Made by a program: the position numbers and the translations under genes
Notes under the pieces: model-generated
What the model was told of the DNA's origin: nothing
Database searches by the model: none
The model's input: only the letters and a program-made list of their open reading frames with translations
Part shown: positions 26,022-38,849 of the stretch, piece after piece
How positions within the stretch are numbered: the first letter of the stretch is position 1
How the letters are laid out: every line of letters begins with the position of its first letter
Source: Octopus sinensis
Taxonomy: Eukaryota
NCBI RefSeq assembly: GCF_006345805.1
Contig: NC_043011.1
Span: 21,092,464-21,156,463, forward strand
Direction: 5' to 3'
Length of the DNA: 64,000 nucleotides

Positions 26022-26599
26022 TAACACAGCAGAATTCCTGAAGTAGAAATATACCCCAACTGCGGATGACACCAGGTAGCCCAAACTGTTCTAGTGCTTT
26101 ACTCAACACATCAGCACACTAACTGACATATACTCATTAGTCCAAAATATTACACACACAAACACACACAGAAACCCATGCATATATTATGAATGTGACT
26201 GTATGTGTATTCATTATTTATATAATATCATCGTTTCATGATAGCCAAATTACCAAATGGTTTCATGCCAGAAATTTAGAGGCAAATCTAGCAATCATCA
26301 GAAATAGCTGAATAATATAAATATGGTTTGAGCTGTTTGTGAATGGAACCTGAGAGTGCCACATCCGAATTTTAGGTCTTAGGGTTGTTTAAAAAAACTG
26401 GAATGAAATTCATGGGTGAAAACTCAAATGGAAAAGTACAAGACCGGCTCATAAAGTCCATTCGTGTTATGCCTCTTTGATTATTCCATTTTAGCCAGTG
26501 GTTAAGAAGTCCACCCCATTATACAGGATACTTACAGGATGGTGACAGTGGGTAATGGTGGGGGGAAGATTTGGAGGAGACAGAAGGGTGGAGGCGTGT

Positions 26600-27110
26600 T
26601 AATTTTAAAACCATGTGTGCTCATATCGATGCATTTATATGCTTATGGGCAGTCGACCATTTAGCTTAAGCGTACCAGCATTCATGAGGGCAAGAGGAAG
26701 AAAAATGTAGGTCTTTTGTTTAAGGGAGTTTATCAAAATGATTCTTTTATCTGCCATGCATTGTTTGCACTCCTTTTGCTGTTAAGGTAAGGTTTGCACT
26801 TTCTCAGTATCCTCCACTTGATGTCGTAATATGCGGTGTTTCCTTCAATATTATTACATCTCGCTAGAGTTGTGATGTCTCTCTTTCATATAAACGAGGA
26901 CTTGTGGATGTTGAACCTGGTTTTGAAATGGCATTTCGTCGCGCTCACATGTTTCCGTATGTCCGTCGCTCCAATTAGAGTCCTTTGGTTTTAACTCTGT
27001 CTCGCACACATCGGTTTCTCTATTGCTTTGACCGTCTACTAGGCATGCAGCCTTATCCCTGCATGAGCAGCCTGCCTCTGTGTTAGGTTTGACCCTGTTT
27101 ACTAATATTT
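26600..27110 (-). mobile_element. Penelope-like GIY-YIG 3' fragment
   Basis: CSCRDKAACLVDG and ERHHNS motifs, then decayed KWRILRKCKPY-like region, with frameshifts. Confidence 0.6.
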
Positions 27111-27299
27111 TCTTTACGCTAGCTGACTGCTAAAAGAGACTTTCAAAGTATGTCTGTTGAAGATTTTTATTTATCTATATGTTTGGGAGATATACTTATC
27201 GACTAAACTAAGGAAGTTCCGATACACACACACGTGCACACACACATGTACACACGCACGCACGCGCACACACACGCACGCACACACACACATACACAC

Positions 27300-27339
<40 letters not shown>

Positions 27340-27822
27340 TCATACGTACATACATACAAACTTTTTTATAGTCCATACTACGGCTTTGAGTTTTCTACTT
27401 CTTTTCTTACACCCAGATCTCATTCATCTCCCAACCCTTTTAAAATTAGATATTTTTCCATATCCCTCACAAACCCTATAGCATTTTTATCTGTTATTCT
27501 GTACTAATTAATCTTTAGTGTTTATATCGAATTTCTTATCCTGTCTTTTTGAATTTAATCGTTGTGTATTTTTTTAATATTTTTAGGTTTTAATTTCTGT
27601 GTTTAAATCTTGAATAACTATATCTGACTTGCTTGTCATTTCAATTAATTTATCAATGTATCAATTTCATCAAAATTACTTTGTCACGTATTACACTCCT
27701 TCGCCCTAATTCCGAAACAAGTTCTGTAATATGCACACACACTATTTCCCCAACTATTTTCTAGCAGCTCCAATCAACTTAATAAGTATACCATCATTTG
27801 CTGATGGTATCATCATCATCAT

Positions 27823-27915
<93 letters not shown>

Positions 27916-27999
27916 AACTACTACTACAACTACTACTACAACTGCTACTCAATTATTTAATTAATTAATTAATTAATCAAGTAATCTCCAGTATCAAAA

Positions 28000-28250
28000 A
28001 CGTGCTGCTGAGAATTCAATGCAGATGGGTAGGACATGTTGTTCGAATGAAAGATGATCGCTTTCCGAAAATTCTTTTGCTTGGCCAACAAATAGAGAGA
28101 AGACCTGTCCTTAGATATAACGATAAGTTGAAGCAATCAATTAAAACCTCTATAGCTTAACTTAATATCTTGGGAAGTTATTGCCTAGATCGATCTGCAT
28201 GGTGTAAAATGTGTCATGATACACCAAAGCAGCTTGAATTGACGAAACAC
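28000..28250 (+). pseudogene. RTE LINE C-terminal fragment
   Basis: WVGHVVRMKDDRFPKILL. Confidence 0.7.
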
Positions 28251-28783
28251 AGCAATAAAATAATAATAATATCTTTAGGTACATTTGTCCAATTCCAGAC
28301 AAAATTAAAATTGTGAGGGTCCCCATTGTGACTTCATAGCAAAATCCATACCTGGACTCGAATTACATTCACGCATCCATCGCAAATAGATGCTGCTGCT
28401 TTTATTTAAAAATTTATTTTTTTAAAATCCGCTTCTTCAAGCGCTCATACGCTGACATCCACGGAAGTGCAAATTAATCCAGTCATTACAAATGTGCCGC
28501 GGAGGGTGTGACACCAGAACACTGCTCTTCAGTTCCAACTGGATTTCCACAGGCACTGCACTTGTATCATGCTTACGAAGTAAATGCTTCAGAGCAGCAT
28601 GTCCGCTTGCTTTCGTTCATAGACGTCACATTTATTCTCGACAATCTTTCTCCACGAGGCACGATTTTAAGTCAATGCCTCTCAGTTATACACTTCTATT
28701 TCCAAAGAGTCAATATATATATAATATATATTGTCTTACCTCTAGGAAGAACATCTGATAAATGGAAAACCTAGAATCGGATA

Positions 28784-28854
28784 ATGCAGGACCGGTTTCT
28801 GATTCTTCAAATACGTTTGACAACGTAGATTTGATTTGTCTTCATCAGCTGCAT
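28784..28854 (-). ncRNA. Hammerhead ribozyme candidate with one defect at the base of stem II
   Basis: AUGCAG-CUGAUGA-A-GA...UC-A-GAAA-CCG-GUC/CUGCAU; 6-bp stem I; palindromic stem III ACCGGU. Confidence 0.5.
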
Positions 28855-28944
28855 ATACCTAGACAAATATCCAGTAAATATCGGTACCTCGTTGTACCAT
28901 TTATTTACTTTTATATATATATATATATATATATTATATATTGA

Positions 28945-29600
28945 CGTTCACGCATCCAACGCAAATAGCTGCTGCTTCTTTTATTTTAAAGTATATTTTT
29001 TTTTAAATCCGCTTCTTCAAGCACTCATACGCTGACATCCACGGAAGTGCAAATTAATCCAATCATTACAAATGTGCCGCGGAGGGTGTGACACCAGAAC
29101 ACTGCTCTTCAGTTCCAACTGGATTTCCACAGGCACTACACTTGTATCATGCTTACGGAGTAAATGCTTCAGAGCAGCATGTCCGCTTGCTTTCGTTCAT
29201 AGACATCACATTTATTCTTGACAATCTTTCTCCACGAGGCACGATTTTCAGCCAATGCCTCTCAGTTATACACTTCTATTTCCAAAGCTTGAATACTGAC
29301 TTTCATTAAATCCTTAAATCACTTCCTTGGTTTATGTTGTGGCCTTTCTCATCTTGTCAGTTTCCTATTAAAAAAAACATCTGTTTAAGCATTCTTCTAT
29401 TTTCCAATCTGATAACATGAACAGCCCAACACATCTGATTCAAAATCATTCTTTTCTCAATACTGGCGTTCATCAGTAACAGCATCAGGTGCGTAAGAAA
29501 ACCCACTTGGCGTTCAGGAAGCATCGGATACAATACTAATGAAACCTCTCTAACTGTTTGATATGATGCCTTTAGGTTGTCCATATTCCACACCCACGTA
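28945..29600 (-). mobile_element. RTE LINE 3' fragment; its terminal ~340 bp is also copied at ~28366-28712 and 30476-30828
   Basis: CWAVHVIRLENRRMLKQMFF; ALTENRASWRKIV. Confidence 0.8.
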
Positions 29601-29725
29601 GCAGGGGTGTATGAACACAAGTCTCATACACAGAGAGATTTTTGTGCTTCATGTGATACCCCGATCTAACCAGACTGCTTTTCAAGCAACACTAGCTTTC
29701 TCAATCCTATGATTTATGAATACTA

Positions 29726-29788
<63 letters not shown>

Positions 29789-30112
29789 ACACACACGAGC
29801 GTATATGCGCTCGCGCGCATATGTGTATAAATAATTCCATCAGCAATGCTGATAAAACGGTTTTATGGGAAAATAAATTATTGAAACGAGAGTACTAATT
29901 AAGAATTCGAAATATCAATAATTTATTTTCTGTCATTCTTCCAATTTTATTTGGCTCTATTCCTGCATTATAGCTGAACCCCATATATACGTAACAGTAT
30001 ACTTGGTTAGGAATGCAATATTAGAGTATACTACTCTAACGTACCGTAGATATGGAACCCTAGTTCTTCTAGGAACGTACCGTGCGATTAAAGCACATCA
30101 TAGATTATATAT

Positions 30113-30421
30113 ATCACCGTGATCACTGTGACCGACCAGACTATCAGATGTTGCTACACATCGCTGGTCACAATGCGCCTTGCATTGTTTTAGCCTTCAA
30201 ATGACGCCACCCCGCTGGCTAAGCGAGCAGGCCAACAGAGAAAAGAGTGAGAGAAAGTTGTGGTGAACGAGTACAGCAGGGATCGCCACCATTCCCTGCC
30301 GGAGCCTCGTGGAGCTTTAGGTGTTTTCGCCCAATAAACACTCACAATGCCCGGTCTGGGAATCGAAACCGCGATTCTACGACCGCGAGTCCGCTGCCCT
30401 AACCACTGGGCCTTTGCGCCT

Positions 30422-30423
<2 letters not shown>
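30113..30423 (-). mobile_element. SINE family C, full length
   Basis: Reverse-complement homology to 1287-1563 with complete tRNA-like head. Confidence 0.85.
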
Positions 30424-30477
<54 letters not shown>

Positions 30478-30875
30478 TGACGCTTTGGAAATAGAAGTGT
30501 ATAACTGAGAGGCATTGACTGAAAATCGTGCCTCGTGGAGAAAGATTGTCAAGAATAAATGTGACGTCTATGAACGAAAGCAAGCGGACATGCTGCTCTG
30601 AAGCATTTACTCTGTAAGCATGATACAAGTGCAGTGCCTGTGGAAATCCAGTTGGAACTGAAGAGCAGTGTTCTGCTGTCACACCCTCCGCGGCACATTT
30701 GTAATGACTGGGTTAATTTGCACTTCCGTGGATGTCAGAGTATGAGTGCTTGAAGAAGCGGATTTTAAAAAAAATATACTTTAAAATAAAAGAAGCAGCA
30801 TCTATTTGCGATGGATGCGTGAACGTCAATATATATAAATCTAAAAGTTTTTGTTCGTCATGATGCTGACATAAG

Positions 30876-30974
30876 TTCCTTGTCTTTCCTGATGAGAAGG
30901 CGGCATAATGCACCCTTTATTCCTTCGGAATTGAGAATATGCAGTCTTCGAAACATATGTCGAGAATAAAGGAA
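30876..30974 (+). ncRNA. Extended type I hammerhead ribozyme (canonical core)
   Basis: CUGAUGA 30889-95; stem II GAAGGC/GUCUUC plus GCAUA/UAUGC; GAAA 30950-53; stem III AC-auau-GU; GUC cleavage after 30961; stem I UUUC/GAGA plus distal UUCCUU/AAGGAA. Confidence 0.75.
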
Positions 30975-31319
30975 TTTTGTTAAATCGTCGTTCGACTCCA
31001 TTCTTTCATTTATTTATAGTAAAAAAACACACAAATTTCCACAAGAAAGCACGTGATTTCTGCCCTTGGCATGTAGCTTCAACCGTGTTTTCTGACGTGA
31101 ATTTGCTACCCGGGTATCGGTTAACCGAATTATCCATACTAGGATAATTCATTCAACTACTTGAACATATATATATATATATATATATATGAGAGTATTG
31201 TAGTTCGCTTGAAGCATTGTGTATTGTCTGTAAAGAATAAAAAGTTTGAATAGTACAACAATGCACTATAATACAGACAATGGACTATATACCTGCTGTA
31301 ATTTAGTCATCCATAGTCT

Positions 31320-31357
31320 GATATGATATTTCGGAATAATATTCCTTCTTCAGATAT
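31320..31357 (-). ncRNA. Minimal type I hammerhead ribozyme (intact core)
   Basis: GAUAU-CUGAAGA-A-GGAAU-auu-AUUCC-GAAA-U-AUC/AUAUC. Confidence 0.7.
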
Positions 31358-32086
31358 CCTTAGATGGAGTCGCTGCTACAATCGGCTTTCTAACGGCTTT
31401 TAGAAAACCGATTATAGCAGCAACAAGTTAAAATATTGGTCATTTCATATAATTCCTTTATTGGAGAATATTTGGCTTACAGCTGTTTCCAGTAGTCATT
31501 ATAGGTACATTACTGATAGGTTTACTCAGTTGGTCTATTGGTCAACTGGGGTAAATTAAATTGATGAATAGACCAATTGAGTATGTATATGCATATATTT
31601 ACGTGTTTTTGTCTGAGTTTGCGCCCCCACCAACGATTGACAACCGATGTTGGTGTGTTTACGTCCTCGTAGCTTAGCAGGGATCTAATTAAACTGATTC
31701 ACAAAATATGCATTTTTTAAAAGGAAGTAAAAAATCTCAAAATCAGCTATAATAATGTAGTATTCCAGTCTTATTGCTATGAAGGTATGATGTTGCGGAG
31801 AAAAAAAATGGAGGAAAAAGTTACAGAGGTTTAAAAATCGGAAAAACTGTGTATTCTTAGCCAATAGCGAGACAAATTTTCCGCGTTTAGCGGAGCGGTG
31901 TCAGCTTTAAGGCTGCACCCTATGAAATTTATAGCTTAGCGTCTGACCTGTTCATTGTAGACTTCTAAATAAAAAGAAATACCGAATTTCACTGTAGGTT
32001 TCTAAATAAACTGAAATACCTAATAAAATCAACATGTATCATCTTACTGTTTTTTTGTCTCTTCATTGATTGTATTACTCTTTTTT

Positions 32087-32476
32087 TTCTTCTCTTTTTT
32101 ACTTGTTTCAGTCATTTGACTGCGGCCATGCTGGGGCACCGCCTTTAGTCGAGCAAATCGACCCTGGGACTTATTCTTTGTAAGCCCAGTACTTATTCTA
32201 TCGGTCTCTTTTGCCGAACCGCTAAGTGACGGGGACGTAAACACACCAGCATCGGTTGTCAAGCAATGCTAGGGGGACAAACACACACACACATACACAT
32301 ATATATACATATATACGACAGGCTTCTTTCAGTTTCCGTCTACCAAATCCACTCACAAGGCATTGGTCAGCCCGGGGCTATATCAGAATACACTTGCCCA
32401 AGATGCCACGCAGTGGGACTGAACCCGGAACCATGTGGTTGGTTAGCAAGCTACTTACCACACAGCCACTCCTGCG
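32087..32476 (-). mobile_element. SINE family A, full length
   Basis: Reverse complement of 880-1258. Confidence 0.85.
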
Positions 32477-33763
32477 TATGTTTTTATTATTTTTTTAAAA
32501 ATTGTTATATTAATATATTTGTCTGCATGTATTTACTTTATGCGTATTTGAGTATCATGTATTCCTGTTATGCATTTGTGTACATCATTGATATATAAGT
32601 GCATATGTGTGTGTGTGTGTGTGTATGAAAAGGAGGCGTCTGTCTCCAAAACTCAAAAGTTGAGAAACGTTTTCATGCTTGGATTTGTAAACTACAATAA
32701 GAATAACACTGGTCAACAAAGAATTCGTCCCAAGTAAATGAATATGTATGAAAAGTATATGAAATGAAAAACATGTAAAAGTACTAACACACAAAAGCAC
32801 AGGAAAATATGTAATATACTAACACACAAAAATTAAAACAAAGCACGCGGGTGAATTGACTCTCGTGGTGTGGAGAATCAACACAGAACAACGTGCGGTA
32901 CAGACACGGGTGAAGTGAAACACAACAGCGTGCGGTTGTCATGGTAACAAGCTGCTAATGCCACGCTGTCTGTTGATTGGCTAAAATTACCCAAATTTTC
33001 CAACTTTAATTCCAAATAACATCATATTCTTTAATTTACGAGATAAAGTAATTGGTTGATCGTAACCAAAATTCAGAGTTCATCGATACACCAAAATTGA
33101 AAACAATCTGAGCAAAATTAAAAGGGGGCTCATTTTGCGAATGAAACTAACTAGATCCCTCAGTAGTTCGGCAAAAGAGACCGATAGAATAAGTACCAGG
33201 TTTACAACGAATAAGTCCAGGTGTCGCTTTCCTTGACTAAAAGCTGTGCTCCAGCTTGGCCAGTCAAAATGACTGAAAGAAGTAAAAGAAAATACAAAGA
33301 GGCCCGAATTGGGTTGGTATTGGAGGGGGAGTGCCATGGTATGTAGGATGTATGAAATTGAATAGAGGGATGTAAATAGGGTGAGGGTAGAGATTGATAG
33401 GTTAGTACCCAAAGGAGTCGGGTGGTATTAAGTACTTTTGAAAGCGGCGAGTTGTCAGAAACTTTAGCATGCCGGGCGAAATGCGTAGCCGTATTTCGTC
33501 TGCCGTTACGTTCTGAGTTCAAATTCTGCCGAGGTCGACTTTGCCTTTCATCTTGTTCACTGACAAAATTCCGTGCTGCACGGAATTTTGTCATTGAAAA
33601 TATTTTCACAAATTAAATTTAAATGTTGAAGTGAATCTAACGGTTTTTATGCGTTTCTTAAATGGCTTATAAACACCTTCCACGCTGCAATTGTTTTCGT
33701 TCCAGCACACGATCTCAGATCAGGTCCCTTGCTATACAAGTACATCTCCGTAATATATATATA

Positions 33764-34074
33764 TCACCGTGATCACCGTGACCGACCAGGTTATCAGATG
33801 TTGCTACACATCGCTGGTCACAATGCGCTTCGCATTGTTTTAGCCTTCAAATGACGCCACCCAGCTGGCTAAGCAAGCAGACCAACAGAAGAATGAGTGA
33901 GAGAAAGTTGGGGCGAAAGTGTACAGCAGGGATCGCCACCACCCACTGCCGGAGTATCGTGAAGCTTTAGGTGTTTTTGCTCAATAAACACTCACAACAC
34001 CTGGTCTGGAAATCGAAACCGCGGTCCTACGACTGCGAGTCTGCTGCCCTAACCACTGGGTCATTGCGCCTCCA
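33764..34074 (-). mobile_element. SINE family C, full length
   Basis: Homology to 30113-30423. Confidence 0.85.
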
Positions 34075-34085
34075 CACACACACAC

Positions 34086-34141
<56 letters not shown>

Positions 34142-34598
34142 CACACACACATACACACACATATATATATCTTTGAATATAGGAAATACAGTTTTTCTAT
34201 ACTACAAAAAGAAAAAAATACGAAAGCGGAAAACGAGATTTCGAATCTACAAGCTCTCATTCTCATCAACCGGTAAGAGCTTTGATGTTTTGATGTGTAC
34301 AAAACCTTCAGCCTTTCATGATTTGGCAATGTTGAGTATTCAGAGTTCAATGCAGCACACAGACATTTAAAATATTATTCTATAGTGGGTACTTGAAACA
34401 AACACGAGAAATGAGCTTGTGAATTCCAAAATATCTCTTTAATCGCAGAACATTTAATTCAATCCACACCGGACTGTTCTTGAAGTAGAATTATAAAGAA
34501 ACAACAATATAATTTCAGTGAACAGGAGACACATCATAAAATTGTTTCATAATGTAAATTATCCTATACGCACTCTTCTAAGTATAAAAAAAACAACC

Positions 34599-34640
<42 letters not shown>

Positions 34641-34687
34641 CACACACAAATATATACGTACATACATATATACATACATACATACAT

Positions 34688-34731
<44 letters not shown>

Positions 34732-34764
34732 CACACACAAATATATACGTACATACATATATAC

Positions 34765-34807
<43 letters not shown>

Positions 34808-35182
34808 TGTATGTATGTATGTATGTATGTATGTAATATATTCAATTGCAATATTGCCATGCAATAGTAAGCACTTGGTTAAAAATACGTAGGTACACGT
34901 TCAGTAATATATTGGATATTTAATATTCCTTAGATGGCTTATTAACCTCTAACTCATACAGACATAAATATGTAATGTATGTATACACACATGACTATAT
35001 GCATCCATATACATATACATACATGCACATACAATCACGCATGTATGAAATATAAAAATAATTATTTTTGCCACAACATAAAATATGTATACACGCGCAC
35101 ATGCACATACTTTCTCTCCCTCTCCTCCAGTCGCTTTCTCTCTCTCCCTTCTCTCTCTCACACACACACATACACACACTCA

Positions 35183-35450
35183 CACGTACATTGCTGAGAC
35201 CCCCTTCGGTCATGACTGACCATGGGATTGCACCTAGAAAGTTACCCACCCAGGCACAAATCCACAAATCCGGGCAAGGTTGTTTATGGAAGACAAGCAG
35301 TCACCCATGCATACCTCTCCTCTCCACGCCACCAGTGTTATCCAAGGGAAAGGCAAAAGGGGCCGATACAGCTTGGCACCTGTGACGTCGCAACTCATTT
35401 CTACAGCTGAGTGAACTGGAGCAACGTGAAATATAGTGTCCTGCCCAAAG
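35183..35450 (-). mobile_element. SINE family D variant, head truncated
   Basis: Shares cagctgagtg(a/g)actggagcaacg with 46325-46633 and 58336-58583 but has a different tail. Confidence 0.6.
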
Positions 35451-35520
35451 TGTCCTGCGTGTTGTACACCACCTGTCTTCGTCTTTTGTTTTTTTCGTAA
35501 ACTCTCCCTATATATATATA

Positions 35521-36367
35521 CTAGCAGAATTGCCCGGCGTTGCTCGGGGCTGAATTGCTTGAAAGTACTGTTAATGATTGCACTGAATTATGATGATTAT
35601 TCAGGCAAATATTGATATAAGTTTACGCTGGGAGATAAGGACTTAACGAGCAAACGTGTGCCATTGCATTGTTTTGGGGGAACCAAATTTCTGATGAGCA
35701 TTATAGGGGCACCAACTTTAAGTTTGAGAATGTGTGGTGTTAGTCCGGGGTGCTCAAAGGAATTGAGTACCTCTATTGGATAGTTGATGACGTCCTGTGG
35801 GTCAGGAGTTGTATTGATAGACTGATATACATAGACTTCCCCAGGAATGAGTTTAGCATTTCATCATTAATATGGTGAACAGTTTTATTCCTCGGGGCCA
35901 GTATAGCCTTTTTGCCAATCCAATCCATATTCTGATAATTAGCTTGTAGATCTTGGAGCACTGCATCTCTGAGATCAGAAGGCGTCTTAACAATGGTACA
36001 AATGGAATCGATGGCAATATTACCATTTTCATCCCCTGGTATTTTGCCTTCGCCAAGTGCAAGGAGGGTGTGAGGAAATGCTGCTGATGTGATATTACAT
36101 CGCATATGAGCACGCATATTGGTGTGAAGTTTGAGAGTTACTTCCCTTTATTTAAAAAAAATATGCATTAAAATGGGAGAAAATGGTGGTAAATTATTTG
36201 TAAAATCGTAGACTCATCGTAGACGCACGCTAATACCCAGAAGGGCTCGATATGAATCACGACTATAAGATACTCGGTTTTGGTTAAACTGCATCGCAAA
36301 ATGTGGGAGTAGTTAGGAATCTAAATCGGAGTAGACAGACACACAACCTTTCTTTTATATATAAAGA
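35521..36367 (-). mobile_element. Non-autonomous Helitron with Rep/Hel helicase fragment
   Basis: A|TCTTTATATATAAAAG 5' end; cccgagcaacgccggg hairpin + CTAG|T 3' end; ORF 35773-36117 LLALGEGKIP...KAILAPRNKTVHHIN resembles the Pif1-like Helitron helicase. Confidence 0.85.
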
Positions 36368-36371
36368 TTTT

Positions 36372-36660
36372 CGTCCGTCCTAAAAAACTTTGTGCGGAGT
36401 GAATGGTTACCTCTATGGAAATATATACACACACATTATACATACATGTGTGTATAGATGAATATATAAATACATTTAAATATCTATATACACTTTTGGG
36501 CGATCTTTCTGCTACTTGGATATACTTTAGATCTTATATTCGTCCAATTCGTCCTAAATAACTTTGTATGGAGTGAATGGTTACCTCTATGGAAATATAT
36601 ACACACACATTATACATACATGTGTGTGTCTATATACACTTTTGGGCGATTGCTACTTAG
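36372..36660 (+). repeat. Imperfect local tandem duplication (~110-150 bp)
   Basis: ggagtgaatggttacctctatggaaatatatacacacacattatacatacatgtgtgt occurs twice. Confidence 0.8.
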
Positions 36661-37139
36661 AGATAACTTTAGATGTTAGGTGATCTAGCAAAAAGGATGA
36701 CCAGTTTGACTTGCTCATCCCTGTCACACACTCACACACACGCACACATACACACAGACACACACGCACCCTCACACACACACACACGCACACACACACA
36801 CACACACACACGTTAGCTTACAATTTTATTTATATATTTGCGTGTCTATGTGTGTAAAGAGGAAGTGGGAGTAATATGCAGAGTGAAATGGTAAAATATT
36901 TAGTTTTCTCGAATTTTTTCTGAAATGGGGGTGAAATTGAAAGAAATTTTGTATGCCATGACCGAATGGAAGTACTTTGAAAAATCATAGGTAAACTCTA
37001 ATCGAAGAAATTGTGTTTTTAGTAAATCGTTATGTATTTATTTGTTTCTGTTTGCTGTGTTGTTTTTTTTTTGAGTAGTGGTTTAAGGTACACTTCTCTC
37101 GTTTTATATAAATACTTTCATTTTAATCGTTGCACACTT

Positions 37140-37443
37140 GCAAAGAGAAAGGAGGAGAAATTAGGGTGATAGCATCAGTGAAACAGTTCGCTCCGTTTGT
37201 GTGTGTGTGCGTGTGTGTGTACTGTAGCCCACACTAAGAAAAGCACTTGACTTACACACCACAATGTGAGTTTTCTCGAAATTTTGCTTAATTGGGGTTG
37301 AAATTTGAAAAACTGGACCTGGCACCCTAATGTATTCTACTCTTAAAAATGCTAGGTAAATTGTAATTGAAGAAATCCTATATTGTAGATTTCTATAAGA
37401 GACAAAGGGAGGCAGATAAAATCTGCCTTTTATAATAAGAGAT
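37140..37443 (-). mobile_element. Helitron 5' portion
   Basis: A-TCTCTTATTATAAAAAGGCAGATTTTATCTGCC 5' end with subterminal hairpin. Confidence 0.5.
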
Positions 37444-37462
37444 ATGCGTGTATGTATGCATG

Positions 37463-37531
<69 letters not shown>

Positions 37532-37532
37532 T

Positions 37533-37571
<39 letters not shown>

Positions 37572-38085
37572 CAAAATAATAACAGTATTTGTTATTTTAA
37601 ATTTCGATGCCTATTTTCGCATAGACTTTTATCTCTGTTCATAGAATAGATAGTTTTGAAGCGCAGATTTCCCTCTGTTGATTTATGTTAACGGTCTTCT
37701 CCCATTGTCTAATCTTCTTTAGTTTTGGCTGTCAAGTTAAAAACGGTGGGGTGAACGATCAAATTCAATCCATTTTATTGCATGAGTTTAAAAAAAGATC
37801 GCGAAGCCTCATTAACTAAGCTGAAGGACTATCAATGAGATCCTCGAAGGTGACATAATGCAACTGATATTGACTAATTGGTAGGGTGGTCATTTGTGAA
37901 GTAAATCCACGCAAAATAACTCGAGACGGTGCAAAAGAACTAAACGGTGACCATTTACCACTTAGTGCTAGCGTAACGTTGGAAATGTCATGGATTTTGT
38001 TAGTGAACGCTGAGAGCTTTAGTTTTCTTTTGCTATTTTGATGGCGACACGGTGACTAGCTCACGGGATAGATAGATAGATAGAT

Positions 38086-38308
38086 TTCTTTACTACCCAC
38101 AAGGGGCTAAACACAGAGGGGACAAACAAGGATAGACAAACGGATTAAGTCGATTACATCGACCCCAGTGCGTAACTGGTACTTAATTCATCGACCCCGA
38201 AAGGATGAAAGGCAAAGTCGACCTCGGCGGAATTTGAACTCAGAATGTAACGGCAGACGAAATACAGCTACGCATTTCGCCCGGCGCGCTAACGATTCTG
38301 CCAGCTCA
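38086..38308 (-). mobile_element. SINE family B within (GATA)n
   Basis: Near-consensus body. Confidence 0.9.
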
Positions 38309-38464
38309 TAGATAGATAGAAATGTTTTGGAAGTGGAAGTCGTGACAATTGTTCGTTGTGGTGGTAACTGACAGATAGGAGATAAAAAAAAGAAGCAAAA
38401 TCATACGCAGGCACACGCATGCACGCACACACACACGAATATGCTTAGGCACTGACAACTGCTG

Positions 38465-38808
38465 CTGTCTTCTTCTTCTTTTTCTTCTCTTCTTCTTCTT
38501 CTTCTTCTTCTTCTTCTTCTTCTTCTTCCTAGCTGCTGCTGCTGCTGCTTATTCTTCTTCTTCTTCTTCTCTACTTATCTTCCTCCTTCTTCTTTTTCTT
38601 CTTCTTCTTATCCTTCTTTTTCTTATCTTTTCTAATCATTCTTCTCCTTCTTCTCTTCTTCTCCTTTTTCCTTCTCCTTCTTTCTTCTTCTCTTCTGCTC
38701 CTTCTTTCCTTCTCTTCTTCTCCTTCTCCTTCTCTCCCTTCTCCTTCTCATTCTTCTCCTTCTTCTTCTTCTTCTTCTTCTTCTTCTTCTTCTTCTTCTT
38801 CTTCTTCC
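38465..38808. repeat. (CTT)n-based polypyrimidine microsatellite complex
   Basis: Direct inspection. Confidence 0.95.
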
Positions 38809-38849
38809 AATCAGGACTCACGACATTAGCCACAAAGAATAATCTCTAA

